Positions 8,708 through 16,214 of a DNA stretch of 64,000 nt are shown piece after piece. Origin of the DNA: an uncultured SAR86 cluster bacterium (lineage in GTDB: Bacteria; Pseudomonadota; Gammaproteobacteria; Magnimaribacterales; D2472). A model generated the notes under the pieces. The model did no database searches, was not told the DNA's origin, and was given only the letters and a program-made list of their open reading frames with translations. The translations under genes and the position numbers were made by a program. Positions within the stretch are counted from its first letter, which is position 1; the number at the start of each line of letters is the position of its first letter. The DNA is taken from NCBI GenBank assembly GCA_902602185.1, contig CACKPV010000004.1, positions 13,479 through 77,478 on the forward strand. The letters are read 5' to 3'.

Positions 8708-10505
8708 AATTGCAGCCTTTGCTAACTAGCAAATATAAATAATTTGAGGTCATATCAGGTGTATCCCAGATATCGCTTGCTGCGATAAGATCTAGACATC
8801 CCTCATTGTCTAAATTAATAGGTACTCCTTTTGCAATAGCTCTGTAAGAAAAAAACTCATTTGGTACAGGTCTTTTTGGAAACACACTATCTTCAATCGA
8901 TTGAAAAAATCCTGAGCCATCATTAAGAGCAATATGTGATCCATTAATTTGACTTTGATAATCTCTTGTAGAATGGAAGATATCAATATCACCGTCTGCA
9001 TCAAAATCTCTTAAATATAGATTTCCTTCACCATGATGTTGTGCTTCTCTGATTTGGTTAGAAAACCTAGAAGTAGACTCATCTGTTAAAGATCCGGAAC
9101 CATCACCCATCAGAATTTGTAGATATGCACCCTCGTAGTAGGGTTCATCCCTGGTAATAGCAACGACGATATCCATATTGCCATCTTGGTCAAGATCATG
9201 TGCAGCAGCATGATTATATTTGTTTCTATTGAGTCCGAACGGACCGACAGGCAATTCAATCAGAGACCAGCTTAAGATATTTTTAGAACCATCACTGACC
9301 AAGGCAAATCCTTCCGCTGGGTTAACTTCTAAATTTCGATTATCAAAATTCCAAAAAATTAAATCATCATACTCATCATTGTTTAGATCAGTAACCAAAC
9401 TACTCATAGGATTGCCATACAAAGCCTGTAGACTTCTATTCAGATCAGGATGAAAGTGAAAATATCCAAAACCATCATTGATCATGACAATACCGCAAGC
9501 AAAAATATCTATATCACCATCATTATCGATATCACCAGCACTGGCATCATGGCTAAATCCACATAACTTACCTTCACCATTGTTTTGATCATTGATATGA
9601 TGCGAGGCATTATAGAACTTCCCATTACTATCACTTAAAAGCAATAAATCTGGATAGGGTAAAATAAAGTTATTTCCATAATCTGGATCACGGTATTGCA
9701 ACCCCATTGAGCCAGCAAATACATCATCCACTCCATCGTTGTTAAAATCAGCAACAACCAAGCGGTAAGCAAAGGGATGTTCAGGTGGTTGACCCTCTGA
9801 ATAGATCGATAGATCTTCGACTAATCTTCCATTTCCGTCATTAAGATAAATCTCAATGGGTGCATCTATTTTTTGTTCTAATTCAATAGTATGAGGAAAA
9901 ATAGCCCAAGCAATAACAAGATCCTCTAACCCATCGTTATTAAAATCACCGATGGCCATATTATGTGCATCTTGCCCAAAGAGTTCATTTTCAAAAGTTT
10001 CACAATCCTCAGGAGTGGGGTAGCAGATTGTTGCAGTGAATGTCTCAGTGATTTCTATTCCACCAAAACCTAAAGCATGACTGCCCATAAAATTTGATTG
10101 GGTTTGTAATTCATTAAAGGGTGGAGGATCGGGTACAAATTTCAATAATGGATCAGCTCTTGAAACTGTCAGAGGAAAAATTGTTTCCTGATAAGGACAT
10201 GTTGATGAAATTTGAGTTTGAACTTTGATGTCATATTCTTGATGACTTTGCATTGTGAGAGGTGCTCTAAAAGTAAATGTTCTAAAATCATCTGATCGTA
10301 ACCACTGCGCAGCATCAAAGGATAGTAAAAAATTACAATTAGAATTTGAAGAAACTGTAAAAGTCATGTGTTCGTAACTATGCACTGACTCATTATAAGA
10401 GGCTGTTATGATGAGATCCTCTTGATTGCTGGCAGACTCCGATGAAGAACTTGAACAACCGATGATAATTATAAGAATAAAACTGTAAGCTATATTCTTT
10501 AACAC
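8706..10505 (-). CDS. FG-GAP/VCBS-repeat lipoprotein
   Basis: GTG start. A lipobox-like IIIIGCSSSS is present. At least 6 Ca-binding FG-GAP-type repeats are visible: GDFNNDGLEDLV, ADFNNDGVDDVF, GDIDNDGDIDIF, DLNNDEYDDLIF, HDLDQDGNMDIVV, RDFDADGDIDIF. Confidence 0.8.
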   Translation of the reverse strand: MLKNIAYSFILIIIIGCSSSSSESASNQEDLIITASYNESVHSYEHMTFTVSSNSNCNFLLSFDAAQWLRSDDFRTFTFRAPLTMQSHQEYDIKVQTQISSTCPYQETIFPLTVSRADPLLKFVPDPPPFNELQTQSNFMGSHALGFGGIEITETFTATICYPTPEDCETFENELFGQDAHNMAIGDFNNDGLEDLVIAWAIFPHTIELEQKIDAPIEIYLNDGNGRLVEDLSIYSEGQPPEHPFAYRLVVADFNNDGVDDVFAGSMGLQYRDPDYGNNFILPYPDLLLLSDSNGKFYNASHHINDQNNGEGKLCGFSHDASAGDIDNDGDIDIFACGIVMINDGFGYFHFHPDLNRSLQALYGNPMSSLVTDLNNDEYDDLIFWNFDNRNLEVNPAEGFALVSDGSKNILSWSLIELPVGPFGLNRNKYNHAAAHDLDQDGNMDIVVAITRDEPYYEGAYLQILMGDGSGSLTDESTSRFSNQIREAQHHGEGNLYLRDFDADGDIDIFHSTRDYQSQINGSHIALNDGSGFFQSIEDSVFPKRPVPNEFFSYRAIAKGVPINLDNEGCLDLIAASDIWDTPDMTSNYLYLLVSKGCN

Positions 10506-10732
10506 GAATGTGGTGCTATTAAATACTGAACTATATTGCCTGATTGATCAATCGCACGAATAGCTTGCCAACCATTTCTACCAAGATGATATTGCTCTAA
10601 ATTCGACATCCGGTAGGGCACATCTGCTATATCACAGCTTTCGAAATCAATCCAAGTGTTGGTTTGTAATACTTGGATAGCAATTTTTTCTGAACTCATT
10701 AGGTGTAAATAACGACCCCCAATATCTGCCAA
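10499..10732 (-). CDS. Hypothetical small protein (66-77 aa)
   Basis: The ORF has a TTG start at 10732 or an ATG at 10699. Its stop overlaps the GTG start of the lipoprotein gene (GTGTTAA). No family recognised. Confidence 0.35.
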   Translation of the reverse strand: MADIGGRYLHLMSSEKIAIQVLQTNTWIDFESCDIADVPYRMSNLEQYHLGRNGWQAIRAIDQSGNIVQYLIAPHSC

Positions 10733-10742
10733 TTCATTTTAT

Positions 10743-11051
10743 TTATTCCTCAGTTATACTAGTTTGATAAACTAAATCATCTGCATAAATAGCAAACATA
10801 TCTGCATGATCTACTTCTTTTTCTGAGAGGGAAATAAAAACATGAATGCCCCCTCGGTTGTTGGCAAAGAATTTTTCTTCACCCCAAGACAAGTAATTGG
10901 TTTTGTACAAAGGCACTGCCATAAGATCATTTTGGTAATCATCTATCGGATAAAGTTTTTTACTATTTCCAATATTTAAAGGGTTCACCCATTTCTCCTC
11001 TTCGTTTTGATTTAGAAAATAAATCGTTGAATTAGCTTTGCACAAATACAT
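10743..11051 (-). CDS. Hypothetical protein (102 aa from ATG; ORF is open to TTG at 11096)
   Basis: The ATG at 11051 gives MYLCKANSTIYFLNQ... No family recognised. Same strand and tight spacing as its neighbours. Confidence 0.4.
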   Translation of the reverse strand: MYLCKANSTIYFLNQNEEEKWVNPLNIGNSKKLYPIDDYQNDLMAVPLYKTNYLSWGEEKFFANNRGGIHVFISLSEKEVDHADMFAIYADDLVYQTSITEE

Positions 11052-11070
11052 CTTAAGATTTATTGAGCTC

Positions 11071-11151
11071 CTAAAACCATCCTTGGAGTTTGGCAATCAT
11101 TCCAAAAATGACACCAAGCAAAACAAAAATAATTGTAGTTTTTGAATCCAT
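11071..11151 (-). CDS. Candidate 26-aa hydrophobic micropeptide (not in ORF track)
   Basis: My own translation is ATG..TAG = MDSKTTIIFVLLGVIFGMIAKLQGWF, a single predicted TM helix. It fills the gap between the flanking ORFs, 6 nt after the upstream stop and 19 nt before the next ATG. Confidence 0.25.
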   Translation of the reverse strand: MDSKTTIIFVLLGVIFGMIAKLQGWF

Positions 11152-11157
11152 TTTTAT

Positions 11158-11379
11158 TTACCGTCTCTTTTTTTGGTGTCTTAACCAGTAACTAGGTTGT
11201 GCTCTGTGATATATCATTTTATGACCACACTTTGGACAATTAGTAAGTGCAAATTTATACCATAGGTAATAAATACCTACAGTAAAAATTAAAGTAATCA
11301 AATAATAAATATTTGCTTGAATTTTAGTGCCACATCCACCTGTACACATATCACAACGGACACAAAAATTTTTAGCCAT
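11158..11379 (-). CDS. Small membrane-inserted zinc-ribbon protein (LITAF-like layout)
   Basis: 73 aa. The order is CVRCDMCTGGCG (C-x2-C-x2-C-x3-C), then a hydrophobic stretch IYYLITLIFTVGIYYLWYKFAL, then NCPKCGH, then a basic tail. Confidence 0.5.
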   Translation of the reverse strand: MAKNFCVRCDMCTGGCGTKIQANIYYLITLIFTVGIYYLWYKFALTNCPKCGHKMIYHRAQPSYWLRHQKKRR

Positions 11380-11474
11380 AAAAAAATCTTACACCTTTCA
11401 TAGAAATTTACAAATTTTTGATGTGCCCAAATCTTTGATATTTCCATCAGGAATTAGGTACCAATAATATCTTG

Positions 11475-11699
11475 TCAAAAAAATGAGATGGGACTATCTT
11501 TAATGTTTATAGGACCATCGTCATCGAAAAAACCACTTTTTAAAAGTTCATTGTAAACTTCTTCAGCCTCTCTTGGCATCATAATAGGTTCACCAAAGAA
11601 TCGTTTGTCAGCACAATTATCGTTATACCATTCCTCAAAAGTAGGTACATGAGAATTCTTTTTTTTAAAAAATTTTTTTAAACTAAATTTTTGGCGCAT
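11475..11699 (-). CDS. Hypothetical small soluble protein (74 aa)
   Basis: Basic N-terminus and acidic C-terminus. The start shares one nucleotide with the upstream stop (TAATG). No family recognised. Confidence 0.4.
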   Translation of the reverse strand: MRQKFSLKKFFKKKNSHVPTFEEWYNDNCADKRFFGEPIMMPREAEEVYNELLKSGFFDDDGPINIKDSPISFF

Positions 11700-11992
11700 T
11701 ATTTAATGATTTTAGGAATAATTTCAAACTGTGCTAGTAATCCAAAAAGTATTATAAATATGAAAGCAATGAGAATTCTTAAATTCTTTTTTAGCATCCA
11801 TTCTAGTGAAAGTTCTAATAAATTTCGTATCCATTTATCAACTTTATCCATAAATAAAATAGCTTTTCTTGTCCATTTATCTGATACATCAATAAGTGGC
11901 AGCAAGCATAGCCCAATGATAAACCAGACTATCCCATTAAGAATAATATCAATAATCCATCCTATCGTTATCCAAATGGCCGCACTATCCAT
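11699..11992 (-). CDS. Hypothetical membrane protein (97 aa, 2-3 TM)
   Basis: Hydrophobic segments IWITIGWIIDIILNGIVWFIIGLCLLPLI and ILIAFIFIILFGLLAQF. There is a 2-nt gap to the upstream gene. Confidence 0.45.
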   Translation of the reverse strand: MDSAAIWITIGWIIDIILNGIVWFIIGLCLLPLIDVSDKWTRKAILFMDKVDKWIRNLLELSLEWMLKKNLRILIAFIFIILFGLLAQFEIIPKIIK

Positions 11993-11994
11993 AT

Positions 11995-12384
11995 TTAATT
12001 TTGCTTCACAAATTCCCTAGCTTTAGGAGAATAGAGAACACAGCTCAAAGTGTTATGATTTATATCTCTGTTTCTATCGAATCTGCAAAAGTAATTTGAT
12101 AGTCTTAATAATCTTTTTTCACTTGCATTTTTGGTTAAGAAATCAGCATTTTTAACGATTAAATTTATATCTTTACCTGTATAAGGCACAGCTCTAATTT
12201 GAAGAATATTATTTCTTTCACATTTATAAATTTTCATTCGATTCTCAATTAACTCTAAATCCTCTTTAATAAACGGTTTAGACCAAGTAACGTCTATAGT
12301 GCAAACAAAATCCATATCAGCCTTAGCAAAGGGGCTAAGCATCGCAATTATAATGAGAGTTTTTGTATCTATTTTAAATTTCAT
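11995..12384 (-). CDS. Hypothetical secreted 4-Cys protein (129 aa from ATG)
   Basis: The ATG at 12384 gives MKFKIDTKTLIIIAMLSPFAKA as a signal peptide. The mature part has four Cys. It is the first gene of the small-ORF array. Confidence 0.5.
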   Translation of the reverse strand: MKFKIDTKTLIIIAMLSPFAKADMDFVCTIDVTWSKPFIKEDLELIENRMKIYKCERNNILQIRAVPYTGKDINLIVKNADFLTKNASEKRLLRLSNYFCRFDRNRDINHNTLSCVLYSPKAREFVKQN

Positions 12385-12618
12385 AATCAAATTCTAATGC
12401 CTTTTGATCTGTTCTAAAAGTTCTTCTTGGTGCGGCATAAAATAAGCCCACACCAAACCATTGGTCTTATGACCTTTAATTCGTTGCGGGCCTGATACAA
12501 TAATGACTGAGGCATTAGAAAAGATTGGAAATCGGTTATATGGCAGTTAATAGATTGCAAAGACACAAAAAGATGTGTCATAAGCGTGTCATTTGTGATT
12601 TTTAAGAATGGCCCCAAA

Positions 12619-12646
12619 TTGACACTATGATAAAACCCATTAAAAT
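12619..12646 (+). promoter_or_regulatory. Sigma-70-type promoter for tRNA-Ser
   Basis: TTGACA (12619-12624), a 16-nt spacer, then TAAAAT (12641-12646). The -10 element ends 16 nt upstream of the mature tRNA 5' end. Confidence 0.5.
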
Positions 12647-12662
12647 CAATGTTTTTAGCAGA

Positions 12663-12752
12663 GGAGAGATGGCAGAGCGGTTGAATGCACTGGTCTTGAA
12701 AACCAGCAAGGGGGCAACTCCTTCCAGGGTTCGAATCCCTGTCTCTCCGCCA
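12663..12752 (+). tRNA. tRNA-Ser (anticodon UGA), long variable arm, encoded CCA
   Basis: GGAGAGATGGCAGAGCGGTTGAATGCACTGGTCTTGAAAACCAGCAAGGGGGCAACTCCTTCCAGGGTTCGAATCCCTGTCTCTCCGCCA. The 7-bp acceptor stem GGAGAGA/TCTCTCC pairs perfectly. The anticodon loop is CTTGAAA and the T-loop is GGTTCGAATCC. It is co-linear with the E. coli tRNA-Ser(UGA) layout. Confidence 0.95.
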
Positions 12753-12884
12753 TTATTACTTTTATTCCTAATTTTTATCTCTTTCCCAGTATTTACCATA
12801 GAAGAGGGATTTGCTAAAAATGATGAAGTAGAAATTTTCTATCGTGATTATGGACCAAAAGAAAACTCACCAGTACTTTTAATA

Positions 12885-13694
12885 ATGGGTTTAGGTGGCC
12901 AAAGTACTTTTTGGCCAGATTATTTTATTGATCATTTACAAACTAATGGGTTTCGACCAATCGTTTTTGATAATCGTGATATGGGTCTATCAACACGTTT
13001 TAATTCTGACCCCTCGTTTTTAGGGAATTATATTAAGTATTATTTATTTCTACCGGTGCGTTCTGAGTATAAATTAGATGATATGGCCGATGATGCAGTC
13101 CTAGTGATGGATCATTTACAAATAGAACAAACACATTTAATTGGTATGTCTATGGGAGGCATGATATCCCAAATTATTGCAGCCAATTATTCCGATCGTA
13201 TTAAGTCGTACACTCAGATAGCTTCGATGGCACAAGTACCAAGCCCATTAAATGGTCCTAGTCGAAAAGTAATGAGACTGTTAAATGAAAGAGTGCGAGC
13301 TGACGATTCTTTGGATGAGCGTGTTGATCGTGCGGTTCGATTGATGACAACGATTGGGATGCCTGGTTATGATTACTCTACACCTGAAGTGCGTCAAGAG
13401 ATCATTGAGGGTATTGAACGCAGCGAAGACGATAGTGGTTTTATTCGCCAAATGGCTGCTATTTTGGCTACCGATGGCAGACTTGAAAAAGTTAAACAAA
13501 TCGAGGATTCAACATTAATCATTCATGGCAAACAAGATCCGTTAATTCATGTTCGCAATGCCTATTATTCTCACGATATCATCGCAAACAGTGATTTAGT
13601 TATAATCGAGAATATGGGACATCTGATTGAAGAGGAGGTGTTTGTACAATTTAAAGAAGATTTAGTTGAACACCTAAAAAGTAACGAAACTTAA
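12885..13694 (+). CDS. Alpha/beta hydrolase (start uncertain; homology probably begins near 12798)
   Basis: Blocks seen: PVLLIMGLGGQSTFW, the nucleophile elbow GMSMGG, and a late IENMGH. The tracked ORF start at 12627 lies inside the tRNA gene. The first canonical start after the tRNA is the ATG at 12885. Confidence 0.75.
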   Translation: MGLGGQSTFWPDYFIDHLQTNGFRPIVFDNRDMGLSTRFNSDPSFLGNYIKYYLFLPVRSEYKLDDMADDAVLVMDHLQIEQTHLIGMSMGGMISQIIAANYSDRIKSYTQIASMAQVPSPLNGPSRKVMRLLNERVRADDSLDERVDRAVRLMTTIGMPGYDYSTPEVRQEIIEGIERSEDDSGFIRQMAAILATDGRLEKVKQIEDSTLIIHGKQDPLIHVRNAYYSHDIIANSDLVIIENMGHLIEEEVFVQFKEDLVEHLKSNET

Positions 13695-13759
13695 ATAGGT
13701 TCACATACTCTTTTATGATAATATTTCCGCATAAATGATATTTTGATTTGGGGGAGATA

Positions 13760-16147
13760 ATGTCAATTTCTCGTTATTTATTCGTAAATTTAGTTACCTT
13801 AAGTTCCTTAAGTTTTTTTGCAACAGAAATAGATGCTCAGGCAGCTGTCGATACTGTTGAAGAAATTATTGTCACTGCTAGAAAAAGGTCAGAATCTGCT
13901 GCAGATGTACCCATTGCAATTTCGGTGATTACGGCTACTGATTTAGATGATACTGCCAATGTTGGTGTCATTGATATTGATGAGCTAATTCCCAACATTT
14001 CCTATAATGTTAACCCCACTAATAACGGTTCAGCACAAGTTGGCATTCGAGGTATTGGAAGTGAGAACTACGATGTTGTTCAAGATCCAAAAATTGCGGT
14101 ATATGTAGATGATGCTTATATCTCAAGACCGCAGGGAAATTTATTTGAAATGTGGGATATGGATCGTGTAGAAGTGCTGCGGGGACCACAAGGAACTTTA
14201 TTCGGTCGAAATACAACGGCCGGTGCCGTACAGTTAGTTCATAATAAACCTGATTTAGAATCTTTTTCAGGAGCTATCCGTTTAGGACTTGGTGAACGTA
14301 ATTATAACGAGCACGCAGTAATGATAAATTTACCTCTAAGTGAGAAAGCTGCTCTAAGAGTCTCCAGTATTGCTCGTGATCAAGATGGATATATTCGCAA
14401 TACAATCAATAATGAAATGACTGGATCTACAAATGTTGATGTCATGCGTGCAGCTCTTGCAGTAGAACCTATGGAAAATCTGTCTTTGAACTTTACTTAT
14501 GCAAAATCTGATCGAGATGAATTAAGGCTCTTAGGAGCATGTACTTGGATTAGTGGTTCCTACGGTTATCCTGCAATTCCTCAACTAGGTTTTCTCTATC
14601 AAGCAGTAGGTCAATTACAAGGTATTATCGATAATTGTAATTCTGCAGTTCCTGGTGTTTCTGCCTCTGAAGACAATCCTATGGATAATCAGGTCCTCAA
14701 TCAAAGATACACGATGAATCTAGATTATGAGACTGCAGCTGGCACTTTTTCCATTATCCATTCTAAAACGGATATGGATTCACTCTCGGGTTCATGGGGT
14801 CTTGGACTCTCTGGATTTGGTGCACACTATCTTGATACACCTGATAGTTTGTTTCAATCTGACTATGAGTCCACAGAATACAAATTTGTCACTAATATTA
14901 ATGGCAATATTGATCTAGTTGTTGGTTATTTTGACTTTAAAGAAGATTCCACTTCGAGAGTAGATATCGAACAATTCCATGATTGGACCCCAACAATTCA
15001 AGATCTCATGACAGATTGTAGTGCCTTGTTTGGGTTACCAGCTGGTGCGCTAAGTTGTGGTGCGGGAATGGTTGGAGTTAAAGCTGGTCAAAGTACAAGG
15101 GGACGTTTCACTACGAATAACTTATCTGATGCCTATTTCTTTGAAGCTAGCATTGCTTTAACTGAACAGTTAAATCTATCAGTAGGATACCGCAATACTG
15201 ATGAAAGCAAAGAAGCAACAGCAAGATATACAACCATGCCCCTAGGTCCAACCGAAGCCTCAATCTTTGAATTGCCTGTGGGTGCAGAGTTTCCTTTTGG
15301 TTTAGTCTTACCAGCTCAAGGCAGTGTTGCACAATGCGAACATACTTTAATTAATAACATTTGTAATGCTGCTAACGATTTTTCTCAAAGCACACCTCGA
15401 ATTACAGCCGACTATACTTTTGATAATGGCAATATGATTTATGCTTCGTATGCTGAAGGTTTTGCCTCTGGAGGTTTCAATGCCAATGTAAAACTTCAAC
15501 AATACGAACCTGAATTCAGTGAGAATATTGAGTTTGGTTTCAAAGGAAGTATAGGTAAAGTTAAATTAAATGCTGCATATTTTTTAATGGAATATCAAAA
15601 TCAACAAATTATTACTGCATTGATTGAAGGGAATGTACCAGTTCTCAGAGTCGTGGGTGTCCAACAAGTTGACCTCGATGGCATTGAGCTTGAGGCATCA
15701 TATTCTATTTCAGACAATTTGTTTGTTAATGTTTTTTATGGTGACTTTAACGGTGAATACGGTGAGTATATATTACCTGATGGTACAGATTTAACCTCCT
15801 CAAATTATGATGGTTTTGGTCCACAATATAATAGTGGAATTAGTTTAGTGCATTCTGCCTCTAATAAGCTTGGGGAACTTAATTCTGTGCTGACCTATAC
15901 TAAAAAGGGCAGTGACTATTTTCATACTAGTCAGGAACCTTTTACACAATCAGACCCTTACAGCTTGTTAAATTTTACTTTTACCTTATCAGTAGGTGAT
16001 GACCTTGATATCACCTTGTATGGCAAAAACCTCACCGATGAACTGTATATAAACGGAGGTTATGGTGATGCGGCATCTGCAGGATTCTTTACCATGTATT
16101 ATGGAGCACCTCGAGAGGGTGGAATCAAAATTACAAAAAGATTTTAA
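13760..16147 (+). CDS. TonB-dependent outer-membrane receptor
   Basis: The ATG at 13760 is preceded by GGGGGAG. A signal peptide is present. Plug-domain blocks are EEIIVTARKR and RVEVLRGPQGTLFGRNTTAGAV. The C-terminus is a terminal beta-strand ending in F. Confidence 0.9.
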   Translation: MSISRYLFVNLVTLSSLSFFATEIDAQAAVDTVEEIIVTARKRSESAADVPIAISVITATDLDDTANVGVIDIDELIPNISYNVNPTNNGSAQVGIRGIGSENYDVVQDPKIAVYVDDAYISRPQGNLFEMWDMDRVEVLRGPQGTLFGRNTTAGAVQLVHNKPDLESFSGAIRLGLGERNYNEHAVMINLPLSEKAALRVSSIARDQDGYIRNTINNEMTGSTNVDVMRAALAVEPMENLSLNFTYAKSDRDELRLLGACTWISGSYGYPAIPQLGFLYQAVGQLQGIIDNCNSAVPGVSASEDNPMDNQVLNQRYTMNLDYETAAGTFSIIHSKTDMDSLSGSWGLGLSGFGAHYLDTPDSLFQSDYESTEYKFVTNINGNIDLVVGYFDFKEDSTSRVDIEQFHDWTPTIQDLMTDCSALFGLPAGALSCGAGMVGVKAGQSTRGRFTTNNLSDAYFFEASIALTEQLNLSVGYRNTDESKEATARYTTMPLGPTEASIFELPVGAEFPFGLVLPAQGSVAQCEHTLINNICNAANDFSQSTPRITADYTFDNGNMIYASYAEGFASGGFNANVKLQQYEPEFSENIEFGFKGSIGKVKLNAAYFLMEYQNQQIITALIEGNVPVLRVVGVQQVDLDGIELEASYSISDNLFVNVFYGDFNGEYGEYILPDGTDLTSSNYDGFGPQYNSGISLVHSASNKLGELNSVLTYTKKGSDYFHTSQEPFTQSDPYSLLNFTFTLSVGDDLDITLYGKNLTDELYINGGYGDAASAGFFTMYYGAPREGGIKITKRF

Positions 16148-16214
16148 TTTTTATTAGATTCCATCTTCTTTAGAAGTTTTCTTTTATAATATTTTTTTAA
16201 TCATTACTGGCACC

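Noticed and set aside
10700-10745. A 12-codon mini-ORF (MNWQILGVVIYT) with good GAGGA spacing, upstream of the 66-77-aa ORF.
   Set aside because: It is too short to evaluate. The apparent Shine-Dalgarno sequence is simply the last codons (GAG GAA TAA) of the preceding gene.
11691-12020. A plus-strand 109-aa ORF opposite the small-ORF array.
   Set aside because: It is antisense to two tightly coupled minus-strand ORFs with TM-helix and signal-peptide features. It has no start context of its own.
12414-12617. A 67-aa minus-strand ORF in the long spacer.
   Set aside because: It has no Shine-Dalgarno sequence and no recognisable motif, and its composition is atypical of neighbouring genes. I treat the region as non-coding (see the finding on this spacer).
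8706-12752. The idea that the orphan-gene region is a tRNA-targeted integrative island.
   Set aside because: No integrase, excisionase or transposase is present. I saw no direct repeat of the tRNA 3' end. The region also lies on the 5' side of the tRNA, whereas integrative elements normally sit at the 3' side.
12602-12799. A minus-strand 65-aa ORF, and the first ~40 codons of the plus-strand ORF 12627-13694, both overlap tRNA-Ser.
   Set aside because: They are read-through artefacts of the tRNA sequence. For example, GEMAERLNALVLKT and GIRTLEG are simply translations of the tRNA arms.
13700-13759. A possible Fur box upstream of the TonB-dependent receptor (tgataatatttcc...aaatgatatt).
   Set aside because: Only the first GATAAT hexamer matches the 19-bp consensus. 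The rest is generic AT-rich sequence.
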